Below the pieces are notes generated by a model. It did not search any database. It had not been told where the DNA came from and saw nothing but the letters and a program-made list of their open reading frames with translations. A stretch of DNA of 64,000 nucleotides, taken from Alphaproteobacteria bacterium. GTDB lineage: Bacteria; Pseudomonadota; Alphaproteobacteria; GCA-2731375. Below, one piece after another: positions 19,054 through 28,786 of the stretch. The translations under genes and the position numbers were made by a program. The stretch lies in NCBI GenBank assembly GCA_965232515.1, contig CBDDPY010000002.1, positions 3,712,001-3,776,000 of the forward strand, read 5' to 3'. How positions within the stretch are numbered: position 1 is the first letter of the stretch; every line of letters begins with the position of its first letter.

Positions 19054-20661
19054 TCAGTTCGCCGGCTTGATGAAAAACGCCAGCGTATCCTCGTCGGTTC
19101 GGGGATCGAGCGCAATCTTGCCCTTGGTCGCGGCCCAGACCGTCTGCAGGACGACGATCGGGATATAGGCGCGGTCTGCCATGGTGATTTCCATCGCCTT
19201 CTCGAAATGCGCCCGCCGCTTGGCGTCGTCCAGCGTCTTCACGCCGGCCTGCAGGGCCTTGTCGACCTCGGCGTTGTAATACTCGATGCGGTTGAAGGCG
19301 CCGAGCTTGACGTCGGGATCGTTGGAATGCGCGAGCGAACCCAGCGTGTAGGACGCCTCGCCCGTCAGCGTGCCCCAGCCGTTCATGAACACCGAATACT
19401 CCTTGCGCGCCTGCGCCGGGAAGTAAACGGTGCGGCTGATCGCGTTCACGTTGGTGCGAATGCCGACCCGGCTGAACATCTGGCCCAGACCCTGGCAGAT
19501 CGCGCCGTCACCCGGCAGCCGGTCGCTGGTGCAGTAGAGGTCGATCTGGAAGCCGTCGGGGAATCCGGCGTCGGCCAGCAGTTGCTTGGCCCGCGCCGGG
19601 TCATGCTTGCGCGCCGGCACCTTGTCGCTGTAGCCGAAGAAACCTTCCGGCATGACCTGTCCGGCCGGCCGTCCGAGGCCTTCCAGCACCACGTCGACCA
19701 TGGCGTTGCGGTCGATCGCCAGATCGAAGGCCTCGCGCACCCGGGCGTCGCGCAGCGGGTTCTTGGCCAGGACGTTGCCGTCGAGGTCGTAGACCTTGGG
19801 CGTCGCGTCGCGCTGGTCGAGCTGCAGGTTCATGACGTAAACGCTGTCGCCCTGGAAGGTGTCGATCTTGGCGTCACGCTGCAACGCCAACCAATCGGCC
19901 GCCGACACATAGTTGATCAGGTCGACCTGCCCGGCCTTGAGCGCCGCCAGCCGCGACGAGTCGTTCGGCATTTCCTTGCGGACGACACGCTCCCAGGCGC
20001 CCTTGCCGCGCCAGTAGTCGTCGAAGCGCTCCAGGACCAGGTCGCCCTTCGGCTCCCAGGAAACATATTTGTAGGGACCGGTGCCGATCGCCGCCTTACC
20101 CGAATTGAAGCCCTCGGCCGAGGTCTCCTTGGTCGAATAATCCTTCGCCGCCTTCGACGAAACGATGAACAGCCGCACGAAATCATACGGCAGCGTCGCC
20201 GCCGGACCGTCGGTCTTGATATGGATGGTATGCGGATCGACGATCACCACCTCGGCGACGCGGCGCACGTAGATGGTCATCGTGGTCGGTCCGGTGACCA
20301 CGGGAATGCGCTCGATCGAGAACTTCACATCCTCGGCCGTGAAGTCCGATCCGTCATGGAACTTCACGCCCTTGCGCAGCTTGAATTCCCAGGTCGTGTC
20401 GTCGAGCGGCTTCCAGGCTTCCGCCAGCGACGGCTCGAGCTGCAGGTTCTCGTTCGACCAGACCAGCGTGTCATAGATGTGCTTGGCCGCCTCGGCATGC
20501 GGTCCGAGCGCGGAAAAGTGCGGGTCCATGGATTCCGGCCCGCCGCGCACGCCGATCGTCAGCGTCTCCGCCTGCACCTGTTGCGCCATCGATGTCAGGC
20601 CGACCGTCATGGCGACGGCCACGGCCAAACCGATGGTCTTTCCGGTTTTCAGCAACCTCAT
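19054..20661 (-). CDS. ABC transporter substrate-binding protein, family 5 (DppA-like)
   Basis: Signal peptide, LRKGVKFHDGSDFTAEDVKFS and IGTGPY. Confidence 0.92.
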   Translation of the reverse strand: MRLLKTGKTIGLAVAVAMTVGLTSMAQQVQAETLTIGVRGGPESMDPHFSALGPHAEAAKHIYDTLVWSNENLQLEPSLAEAWKPLDDTTWEFKLRKGVKFHDGSDFTAEDVKFSIERIPVVTGPTTMTIYVRRVAEVVIVDPHTIHIKTDGPAATLPYDFVRLFIVSSKAAKDYSTKETSAEGFNSGKAAIGTGPYKYVSWEPKGDLVLERFDDYWRGKGAWERVVRKEMPNDSSRLAALKAGQVDLINYVSAADWLALQRDAKIDTFQGDSVYVMNLQLDQRDATPKVYDLDGNVLAKNPLRDARVREAFDLAIDRNAMVDVVLEGLGRPAGQVMPEGFFGYSDKVPARKHDPARAKQLLADAGFPDGFQIDLYCTSDRLPGDGAICQGLGQMFSRVGIRTNVNAISRTVYFPAQARKEYSVFMNGWGTLTGEASYTLGSLAHSNDPDVKLGAFNRIEYYNAEVDKALQAGVKTLDDAKRRAHFEKAMEITMADRAYIPIVVLQTVWAATKGKIALDPRTDEDTLAFFIKPAN

Positions 20662-20806
20662 TCGAATTCTCCCAAGTCCGTCTCGACGCATTCTCGATGC
20701 GCCGGAGCCCGCGAAGATCATTGTCCGGCCGACGGCAAGACCCCCATGCCGCTCGGTCGCGTCGCCGCGCCGAAACCAGCTTGTCGACCCCCTCCAACAA
20801 CTCAAC

Positions 20807-20878
20807 AAGTTCCATTCGGAACTTGCTTTCCCAACATTGCTGGGCGATAAACGATACGTCAAGTTCAATTTGGAACTA
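20807..20878. promoter_or_regulatory. Two palindromic operators, candidate sites for the adjacent MarR
   Basis: AAGTTCCATTCGGAACTT (20807-20824) and AAGTTCAATTTGGAACTA (20861-20878) in the divergent intergenic region. Confidence 0.65.
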
Positions 20879-20890
20879 ACTGCGGCGCAA

Positions 20891-21466
20891 ATGGACAAAC
20901 CCGACAAGATTCCTGGCGCCGGCGCACCCGCCATCGAACCCGGCGCGACGGGCCTGCATCCGATGATCGAGGTCAAACTGTGGGGAAATCCCTGCTGGCT
21001 GGCCTATCGGCTGAACTACCTGGCGCTGCGTTACAACGTCCCGCTCTACGACTGGGCCGAGGAGCGTTACGGCCTGACCCGGCCGGAATTCGTCGTGCTC
21101 TATTCGCTCGGCCTGCAGGACGGTGCGCTCGCCCGCGACATCAGCGTGTCCTCGGGCTTTCCGAAGAATACGCTCAGCCGCGCCATCAACAAGCTTTGCT
21201 CTGCACACCTGCTCGAGCGCAGCGAGGATCCGTCGGACAAGCGTTCGCAGATCCTGCGGCTCAGCGCGGAAGGCCGGCGCATCTTCGACGAGGCCCTGCC
21301 GTATTTCGTCGATTTCGAAAAGCGCATGCTGGCGACGCTGTCGCCGGACGAGCGCGACACGCTGTCCCGCCTGCTCGCCAAGATCGTGCTCGACTCGGTC
21401 AATTGGCCGACCGAGCTCGACATGCCGAAAAACAACAAGGTTCCGGGCCAGGATGCCGCGGACTAA
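20891..21466 (+). CDS. MarR-family transcriptional regulator
   Basis: YGLTRPEFVVL, winged HTH TLSRAINKL and DKRSQILRLSAEG. Confidence 0.9.
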   Translation: MDKPDKIPGAGAPAIEPGATGLHPMIEVKLWGNPCWLAYRLNYLALRYNVPLYDWAEERYGLTRPEFVVLYSLGLQDGALARDISVSSGFPKNTLSRAINKLCSAHLLERSEDPSDKRSQILRLSAEGRRIFDEALPYFVDFEKRMLATLSPDERDTLSRLLAKIVLDSVNWPTELDMPKNNKVPGQDAAD

Positions 21467-21486
21467 ATCGAGGGAACGCTAGACCA

Positions 21487-22197
21487 ATGCTGATACGCGA
21501 CATGAACTGGATGCAGGTCGAGAGCTATCTCGCCGGCGACGATCGCTGCGTGCTGCCGATCGGCTCGGTCGAGCAGCACGCGCAACTGTCACTCTGCGTC
21601 GACGCGATCCTGTCGGAACGGGTCGCCGCCGAAGCCGCGGCGCCGCTGGGGGTGCCGGTCTATCCGGCCATGCCGTTCGGCCTGGCGCCATACTTCTCCG
21701 CCTTCCCCGGTTCGATCTCGCTCAAGGTGGAAACGCTTCTGGCCGTCGTGCGCGACCTCGTCGACTCGGTGCACCGCGCCGGCTTCCGGCGGATTCTGAT
21801 CGTCAACGGCCACGGCGGCAACGCGCCGGCCGGCGCGCTGGCGCAGGAACTGATGGCCGACCGGCCCGAGCTGACGATCCGCTTCCACAACTGGTGGAAC
21901 GCGCCCAAGACCTGGGCCAAGGTGCAGGAGATCGACCCCGACGGCTCGCACGCGAGCTGGATGGAGAACTTCCCCTGGACCCGGCTGGCGAATATCGCCG
22001 CGCCCGAGGGCAAGAAACCGATGGTCGACATCGCCGCCCTGAAGTCGGCTTCGCCCGAAGGCGTGCGCGAGCTGGTCGGCGACGGCAATTTCGGCGGCGA
22101 ATGGCAGAAACCCGACGACGTCATGAACGAGCTCTGGGCCGTCGGCGTCGAGGAAACCCGCGAGGCGTTGGAGGGGCCATGGCCGACCCGATCCTGA
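21487..22197 (+). CDS. Creatininase-family amidohydrolase
   Basis: LPIGSVEQH..L..D, VNGHGGN and HASWME metal-binding motifs. Confidence 0.9.
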   Translation: MLIRDMNWMQVESYLAGDDRCVLPIGSVEQHAQLSLCVDAILSERVAAEAAAPLGVPVYPAMPFGLAPYFSAFPGSISLKVETLLAVVRDLVDSVHRAGFRRILIVNGHGGNAPAGALAQELMADRPELTIRFHNWWNAPKTWAKVQEIDPDGSHASWMENFPWTRLANIAAPEGKKPMVDIAALKSASPEGVRELVGDGNFGGEWQKPDDVMNELWAVGVEETREALEGPWPTRS

Positions 22198-23192
22198 TCT
22201 GGGGCGCCGGCGCCATCGGCGGCACGCTCGGCGCCTATTGGGCCCGGGCCGGCATCGACGTGTTGCTGGTCGACCGCGAGGCCGCGCATGTCGCCGCCTG
22301 CCGCGACGACGGACTGAGCATCGAGGGGCCGGTCGACACATTCACGCAGACGATCGCGGCAGCGACGCCGGATCAGGTCACGGGGACCTTCAGCCGGATC
22401 GTGCTGGCGGTGAAGGCGCACCATACGGATGCGGCGCTGGACGCGTTGACGCCGCACCTCGCCGACGACGGCTATGTGCTGTCGGCGCAGAACGGGCTCA
22501 ACGAGCTGACCATCGCGAGGCGGGTCGGCGATCGGCGCACCATGGGCGCCTTCGTCAATTTCGGCGCTGACTGGCAGGGCCCGGGTCAGATCCTCTACGG
22601 CAACCGCGGCGCCGTCGTGGTCGGCGAGATCGACGGCGAGATCCGCCCGCGCACGCGCGAGATGCACGAGCTGCTGCGGATCTTCGAGCCCGACGCGGTG
22701 CTGACCCACGACATCTGGAGCTACCTCTGGGGCAAGCTCGCCTATGGCGCCATGTTGTTCGCCACCGCGCTCAATAACGACTCCATGGCCGACAACTTCG
22801 CCGATCCCGACCGCTTTCCGATCTGGCTGGCGCTCGGCCGCGAGGTCATGGCCGTGGCGACGGCGCGCGGCGTGAAACCGCACGGCTTCAACGGCTTTGC
22901 GCCCGAGGCCTTCTCGGCGAGCGCCGGCGAACAGGCGGCCCGCGACAGCATCGCGGCGCTGGCCGAGTTCAACCGGCACACGGCGAAGACCCATTCCGGC
23001 GTCTGGCGCGACCTCGCCGTGCGCAAGCGCAAGACCGAGGTCGACTCTCAGATCGCCGTGATCGGCGAGCTGGCGCGCGAGCACGGTATCGACACGCCTG
23101 CGCTCGACCGGCTGGTGGCGCTGGTTCACGACGTCGAGGACGGCCGGCGGCCGCAGTCGGCCGAAACGCTGTTCGCCGTGCTGGCCCCATGA
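22179..23192 (+). CDS. Ketopantoate reductase-family oxidoreductase
   Basis: WGAGAIGG, LAVKA, SAQNG, LWGKL and KTEVD. Confidence 0.85.
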   Translation: MADPILIWGAGAIGGTLGAYWARAGIDVLLVDREAAHVAACRDDGLSIEGPVDTFTQTIAAATPDQVTGTFSRIVLAVKAHHTDAALDALTPHLADDGYVLSAQNGLNELTIARRVGDRRTMGAFVNFGADWQGPGQILYGNRGAVVVGEIDGEIRPRTREMHELLRIFEPDAVLTHDIWSYLWGKLAYGAMLFATALNNDSMADNFADPDRFPIWLALGREVMAVATARGVKPHGFNGFAPEAFSASAGEQAARDSIAALAEFNRHTAKTHSGVWRDLAVRKRKTEVDSQIAVIGELAREHGIDTPALDRLVALVHDVEDGRRPQSAETLFAVLAP

Positions 23193-23944
23193 CGGCGGCG
23201 TTCGACGGCCGGGTGGTTCTGGTCACGGGCGCCGCGCAGGGCATCGGCCGCGCCATCGCCGGCGCGTTCCATGCCGCCGGCGCCAATGTTGTTATCGCCG
23301 ATATCGACGAAGCCGGCGTCGCGGCAACGGCATCCGAGCTCGGCGTCACGGCCGAGGTTGCCGATCTCGGCGACCGCGCGGCGGCGCATGACCTGGTCGG
23401 ACGGATCGTCGACCGCGCGCAACGGCTCGATATTCTCGTTAATGCCGCCGGCGGCGTGCGCGGGCAGGTCGGCCGGCCGATCGAAGAGATTCCCGAGACC
23501 GACTGGCATGTGATCTTTCAGGCCAATGTGGACGGCGCCTTCTGGCTGTCCCAGGCCGCCGCGCCAGCGATGAAACAGGCCGGCGCCGGCCGCATCGTCA
23601 ACATCGCCTCGGGCGCCGGCTTGCGGGCGAGCCTGACCGGTATCCAGGCCTACGCGGCCGCGAAGCACGCACTGGTCGGCCTGACGAAGCAGCTGGCCGT
23701 CGAGCTCGGCCCATTCGGCATCACCGTCAACGCGGTCGCACCGGGTTTCGTGCTGTCGAACCCGACAACGCAGAAGCAGTGGGAGAGCTATGGCGCCGAG
23801 GGCCAGAAACGCCTGGTCGAGCAGATCCACATGCGCCGGCTCGGCACCGCCGATGACATCGCCGCCGCGGTCCTGTTCTTCGCCACCGATGCCGCCGGCT
23901 GGATTACCGGCCAGACGCTGTCGGTCGACGGCGGCCGGGCATGA
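23189..23944 (+). CDS. SDR-family oxidoreductase
   Basis: TGAAQGIG, YAAAK and ITGQTLSVDGG. Confidence 0.92.
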   Translation: MTAAFDGRVVLVTGAAQGIGRAIAGAFHAAGANVVIADIDEAGVAATASELGVTAEVADLGDRAAAHDLVGRIVDRAQRLDILVNAAGGVRGQVGRPIEEIPETDWHVIFQANVDGAFWLSQAAAPAMKQAGAGRIVNIASGAGLRASLTGIQAYAAAKHALVGLTKQLAVELGPFGITVNAVAPGFVLSNPTTQKQWESYGAEGQKRLVEQIHMRRLGTADDIAAAVLFFATDAAGWITGQTLSVDGGRA

Positions 23945-25356
23945 CCGATCCGGTGCTACGCCGCCTGCGGGACGGGCGCGACGATTTCCTCGAGCGGCTG
24001 TTCGCGCTGCTGCGCCTGCCGTCGGTCAGCACCGATCCGGCCTATGCCAACGGCATGGCAGCGGCGCGACGCTTCCACGAAGAACGTTTGACGGCGCTCG
24101 GCTTCGCCAATGTGCAGCAGATCGACGGCGGCGGCCATCCGGCCGTCTACGCCGAGTGGCTCGACGCCGGCGCCGACGCGCCGACCTTCCTGGTCTATGG
24201 CCACTACGACGTGCAGCCGCCCGATCCCGTCGAGAAGTGGCAAAGCCCGCCGTTCGAGCCGACGATCCGCGACGGCCGGGTCTACGCCCGCGGCGTCTCC
24301 GACGACAAGGCGCCGAGCCTGATCGCCGTCGAGTCGCTGGGCGCGTTCCTGGCCGTCGAGGGCGGCCTGCCGGTGAACGTCAAGGTCCTGCTCGAGGGCG
24401 AGGAGGAGATCGGCAGCGCTAGCCTGCCGGAACTGCTGCGCCGGCACCGCACGCAGCTCTCGGCCGACGCGGTGATCTCGGCCGACGGGGCGCGCTGGCG
24501 CGAAGACCTGACCACGATCAATGTCGGCTCGCGCGGCAACGCCGGCTTCGAGTTCAGCGTGACCACGGCGACGAAAGACCTGCATTCCGGCCGCTACGGC
24601 GGCGCCGTGCCGAACGCGCTGCATGTCATGGCGGCGCTGATCGCCGGCCTGCGCGACGCCGAGGGCCGGATCGCCGTCGCCGGCTTCTATGACGGCATTC
24701 CGCCGCTGGACCAGGCTGACCGCGACGCCCTGACGGACATCCCCTTCGACGACGACGCCTTCTACGGCGATCTGGCGACGACGCCGACGGGCGAGCCGGG
24801 CCATACGACGCTGGAACGTCTCTGGCTGCGGCCGACGCTCGATGTCAACGGCCTATGGGGCGGCTATGCCGGCCCCGGCGCCAAGACCGTGATCCCGAAC
24901 GAGGCGCACGCCAAGCTGACCATGCGCCTGGTGCGGGGCCAAGACGCCGACGATGTCCGCCGCAAGGTAATGGATCACCTGAAAGCGCATTGCCCGGACG
25001 GCGCGCGCCTCAGCTTCGATGACAACCATGCTGGCGTCGCACCCTATGCCGTGCCGCCGGCACATCCCCTGCTGCTGGCCGCAGAGCAGGCGCTGGAACG
25101 GAGCCTCGGCGTGCGGCCGGTCCGGGTGCGCATCGGCGCGACGTTGCCGATCAGCGACTTCATCGCGGCCGAGCTCGGCATCGACACGGTGATGTTCTCG
25201 TTCTCGATCGCGGACGAGGACTTCCACGCGCCGAACGAGTTCTTCCGCCTCGCCTCCATCGACCAGGGCATGGCGGCCTGGGTGGAACTGCTCCGCGCGC
25301 TCGGCCTGCAACAGGCGACCGACTACACGCCCTTCCGGCGCGCCGCCGCGAACTGA
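23941..25356 (+). CDS. M20-family dipeptidase/amidohydrolase
   Basis: YGHYDVQP, RGVSDDK, EGEEEIGS, DLHSG and HAPNE. Confidence 0.92.
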   Translation: MTDPVLRRLRDGRDDFLERLFALLRLPSVSTDPAYANGMAAARRFHEERLTALGFANVQQIDGGGHPAVYAEWLDAGADAPTFLVYGHYDVQPPDPVEKWQSPPFEPTIRDGRVYARGVSDDKAPSLIAVESLGAFLAVEGGLPVNVKVLLEGEEEIGSASLPELLRRHRTQLSADAVISADGARWREDLTTINVGSRGNAGFEFSVTTATKDLHSGRYGGAVPNALHVMAALIAGLRDAEGRIAVAGFYDGIPPLDQADRDALTDIPFDDDAFYGDLATTPTGEPGHTTLERLWLRPTLDVNGLWGGYAGPGAKTVIPNEAHAKLTMRLVRGQDADDVRRKVMDHLKAHCPDGARLSFDDNHAGVAPYAVPPAHPLLLAAEQALERSLGVRPVRVRIGATLPISDFIAAELGIDTVMFSFSIADEDFHAPNEFFRLASIDQGMAAWVELLRALGLQQATDYTPFRRAAAN

Positions 25357-25357
25357 C

Positions 25358-26254
25358 TCAGAGCCCGGCCTCGGCCTTCACGTAAGCGGCGATCTCGGCA
25401 TGCGTCGCGAACCAGACGTCGCCGGTCTGTTTCATGTGCGCGATCAGATCCTCAAGAATAAAGATCCGCGAGCGGTAGCCGATGACGTGCGGGTGCATGG
25501 TGAGCAGGAACAGGCCACCCTCGGCATGCGCGCGGTCGAACTCGCGCCGAAAGATGTCGAACACGGCCGGCGGCGGCGTGTAGGGCCGCAGCGCGTGGAA
25601 GCGGTGCATGTTGAAGTAGACGGCGTCGTCGCGGATCCACTCCACCGGCAGCTCGACGATGCCGGTCGGCTCGCCGGCCTCGTCCAGCTCATACGGTTCT
25701 TCATCCGCCATCAGCGATGAATCGTAGAGCAGTTCCAGCTCGCGCTCGATGCGCAGCGTGTGCGGGCTGAAGTCCCAGGACGGCGTGCGCAGGCCGACGG
25801 GCCGGATGCCGGTGATCTCCTCCAATGTCTCGGCCGAACGGAACATCAGGTCGCGCTCGGCGTCGTAGTCCAGCGCCGAGTTGAGCTCGTGAATCCAGCC
25901 GTGCAGACCGATCTCATGACCCTCGGCAACGACACGGCGCTGTTCGTCGGGGTGCAAAAGCGCGGCGACCGCCGGCACGAAGAACGTCGCCTTCACCTCC
26001 GCATCCGCCAGAACCTGCAGGATGCGCGGCACGCCGCGCCGCGCACCGTATTCGCCCCAGGACAGCCGGCCGATGGACTGGCCGCCGTCGCGCAGCTCGT
26101 TGGTCTCGTGATCGGAATCGAACGACAGCGCGACGGCGCAGCGCGCGCCCCCGGGCCAGGCCGCCGGCGCCAGCGAACGCCCGGCCCGTACGCGTTCCAC
26201 CAATTGCCGCCAGTGCGGCTCGTCCCATTGCCAGGGCGCCTGTTCGCTCGACAT
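25358..26254 (-). CDS. Polysaccharide deacetylase family (CE4, PuuE-like) hydrolase
   Basis: ALSFDSD, GHEIGLHGWIHE, RTPSW and LTMHPHVIG. Confidence 0.88.
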   Translation of the reverse strand: MSSEQAPWQWDEPHWRQLVERVRAGRSLAPAAWPGGARCAVALSFDSDHETNELRDGGQSIGRLSWGEYGARRGVPRILQVLADAEVKATFFVPAVAALLHPDEQRRVVAEGHEIGLHGWIHELNSALDYDAERDLMFRSAETLEEITGIRPVGLRTPSWDFSPHTLRIERELELLYDSSLMADEEPYELDEAGEPTGIVELPVEWIRDDAVYFNMHRFHALRPYTPPPAVFDIFRREFDRAHAEGGLFLLTMHPHVIGYRSRIFILEDLIAHMKQTGDVWFATHAEIAAYVKAEAGL

Positions 26255-26349
26255 GCCTGTCCGTTCTCCAGCGATGTGCGGTCGGTCGCGCCCGGACGGG
26301 CGCGACCCAAGCATGCAGGCAGCCGCGAGCGACGTCTAGTGCAGGCGGC

Positions 26350-28638
26350 TCACCTGAAAACGAAGATTGGGCTGCTCCAGGCCTGGAAGCCGTCCTCAGT
26401 GGTCACGCAGACCCAGAGCGGATTATCGCCGGTCTCGTGCAGATCGACCGTCACGCGTTCGGTCAGCTCACGAACCGGGTTGACCTCCGGCAAGCGGAAC
26501 ACGCGCAGCCGGCGCGCCAGCCCGCCGGCTTCCAGCACAGTGTCCTCGAGGCCGATCTCGGCCAGCGGCTTTTTCAGGTGGCCGTGATTGCAGGAGAGGT
26601 CCAGGTCGCCGTCCGCCGGCCCGTCGAGCCAGACGTCGAAGCCGCCAAAATTGCCGGTCGTCATGGCGTTCCATTCGACCGTGTCGCTGGCCGCCTGCCG
26701 CAACAGGCGCTCGTGGTTCCAGGCGTTGATCTTGGCGAAGCGCGCGATCTCGGCGCCGCCGAAGGTGGCGCGGCCGGTCCAGGTCGACTGCCGGCCGCGG
26801 CCGCGATACTCGGCGCCGCTCCAGATCACCCGGACGCGGTTGCCCAGATCCTCGGCGCCATAGGGACGGAGCGTGGCGATTGTCTCGGTGCCGTTGCGCA
26901 CCTCGATGCGCTCCACCGGCGCGGCGGCCGCGACCTCGATGCCGAGTTCGACTTGCCCGTCCGACGTCTGGACGATGTCACCCATCATCACTTCCGACAC
27001 GTCGTGCGAATTTGTCTCGGGATAGGCGTTCGGGTCCTGATCGAACAGACGCGCGCCGCCGGCGAAGCTGGCGCGCACGTCGAGATGCATGCGGCAGCCT
27101 GTGGTGCCGTAGTGATGCCGCCGCCGCAGGCAATCGAAGATGCCGTCGCGGGTCAGGTCGTCGGTCAGAAAACAGGTCAGGCCGCCGTAGCTGCCGAAGG
27201 TGGCGGCGCCGGGATAGCTGGCGCCCGGCCGGCCCTTGTGGCCGTCGCTGTTGCAGACGACGCCCGAGCGGTGGCCCAGCGGGAAGCCGTCGGTCAGCAG
27301 CCATTCGAAGGTACCCCAGGCGGAATGAATCTCCATCGCCGTCTCGATCTTCGGATCGTGCGCAAAAGCGATGTCGGCATAGCGGCCGCCGACATGGGCG
27401 TAGGCGAGACAGTCCTCGTCGGCGAGCGCCTCGAACAGCACGGCCGCGTTGGGCGCGTCGGTGTCGATGTCGGAGCGGTCCGGCAACAGCGCGTGCGACG
27501 AACGCCGGATCTGCCGGCCCTCGGTACGGAAATAAATGTTGCGGTCGCCGCCGACCGCCGTGTTGCCCGACCATTCGTAACCCGGGAAAGTCACGAAGCG
27601 ACGGTCCTGGTGATACTCGGCCGTCAGCTCGTTCAGAAACGCCCAGAAGGCGTTGTTGACCTGGAAGTCGTTGGCCTGGTGGCTAGTGACGTCGAGGAAG
27701 GACTTGTTGCGGGCGAAATCGAAATATTCGCGCGCCGTGTTGATGCCGATGGACTCGCCGCTCTGGCCGTGCAGGTCGCCCCAGTAGCCGGAGACCGCGC
27801 CATCGCGGATGACGAGCGGTCCGGCCTCGGCAACCTCTGTGTTGCCGTCGAGCACGCGCACACGCAAGACGCCCGGATCATCGCATCGCAGGTCCTCGAA
27901 GGTCATGGCCTTGGTGCCGAGCGGATAGTCGACGCGCTCGGGCAGGCCCGCCACCAGCATCGACGGCTCGAGCCGGAAGCTGCCTTCGGCCCTGTCGCTG
28001 GGATTGCCCCAGATATCTTCCGCCTTGAGGCCGAGCTGGAAGCGCTCGCCGGGCCGGCGCAGCGACGGCAGCACCGCGCGCCAGACCGCGGGCTTGCCCG
28101 GCACGATCTCGATCGCCGGTGTCTCCGGCAGCGGTACGTAGTGGCCGACGGCGCAGACATCAGCCAGCACCTTGAACTCGAAGGCCGACTCGCAGAACGT
28201 CTGCAGCTTCATGCCGGGCGAGCCCTGCGAGGTATCGCCGAAGACGATGGTGACGGTATCGCCCTCACGCAGGTAGCCGCCGTGCAGCCGCGCCGTGAGC
28301 GAGCGAAAGTAAGGCCGCTGGTGGCCTGTGCTGCCGTAATCGAGGGCGATGCGTCCCGTCGTGCTGGTATGCGCCGTGACATAACCCGGCGCCTGCGGGT
28401 CCGTGGTCTGCAGGGCGCCCCAGTCGCCGACAAAGCGGAACACCACCCGGATGCTGCCGGTATCGTCCAGGCCGTAACGGCCGACCGTGTAGACCAGCCG
28501 GAAGGTCTGCGGGCTGCGCACCTCGAAGGCGCCCTTCGGCTGCAGATCGACATGGCCGTAGAGCACGGGGTCGGCGCCGGGCTGGGTCTCGGGCCAGACG
28601 GCGGCGACCTGTTGCGGATTGACGATCTCTGGGCACAT
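26350..28638 (-). CDS. DUF3604 / PHP-like metallohydrolase
   Basis: YWGDLHGQS, TSHQAND, GYEWS, YAHVGG and NSDGHKGRPG. No obvious signal peptide. AGGGAG precedes ATG 28638. Confidence 0.78.
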   Translation of the reverse strand: MCPEIVNPQQVAAVWPETQPGADPVLYGHVDLQPKGAFEVRSPQTFRLVYTVGRYGLDDTGSIRVVFRFVGDWGALQTTDPQAPGYVTAHTSTTGRIALDYGSTGHQRPYFRSLTARLHGGYLREGDTVTIVFGDTSQGSPGMKLQTFCESAFEFKVLADVCAVGHYVPLPETPAIEIVPGKPAVWRAVLPSLRRPGERFQLGLKAEDIWGNPSDRAEGSFRLEPSMLVAGLPERVDYPLGTKAMTFEDLRCDDPGVLRVRVLDGNTEVAEAGPLVIRDGAVSGYWGDLHGQSGESIGINTAREYFDFARNKSFLDVTSHQANDFQVNNAFWAFLNELTAEYHQDRRFVTFPGYEWSGNTAVGGDRNIYFRTEGRQIRRSSHALLPDRSDIDTDAPNAAVLFEALADEDCLAYAHVGGRYADIAFAHDPKIETAMEIHSAWGTFEWLLTDGFPLGHRSGVVCNSDGHKGRPGASYPGAATFGSYGGLTCFLTDDLTRDGIFDCLRRRHHYGTTGCRMHLDVRASFAGGARLFDQDPNAYPETNSHDVSEVMMGDIVQTSDGQVELGIEVAAAAPVERIEVRNGTETIATLRPYGAEDLGNRVRVIWSGAEYRGRGRQSTWTGRATFGGAEIARFAKINAWNHERLLRQAASDTVEWNAMTTGNFGGFDVWLDGPADGDLDLSCNHGHLKKPLAEIGLEDTVLEAGGLARRLRVFRLPEVNPVRELTERVTVDLHETGDNPLWVCVTTEDGFQAWSSPIFVFR

Positions 28639-28710
28639 CGGGCAGCGCTCCCTGGTTCCGCCGGGCCGGTCGACGATGGTCGCCGAGGCCGGGCCTATCG
28701 ACAATGATCT

Positions 28711-28728
28711 TAAAACTATGTAGTTTTA
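28711..28728. promoter_or_regulatory. Palindromic operator, candidate site for the downstream GntR/UTRA regulator
   Basis: TAAAACTA-TG-TAGTTTTA in the AT-rich gap between the divergent DUF3604 and tctC genes. Confidence 0.65.
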
Positions 28729-28786
28729 GATATCGGGTCAACAATCGCGCGGCCGACCATGGCAATGGCCGCCAAGCAGGGAGATC

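Noticed and set aside
22179-23192. panE (pantothenate biosynthesis)
   Set aside because: The substrate-binding SMxQD region is changed to SGVWRD and the context is catabolic, so only the family is assigned.
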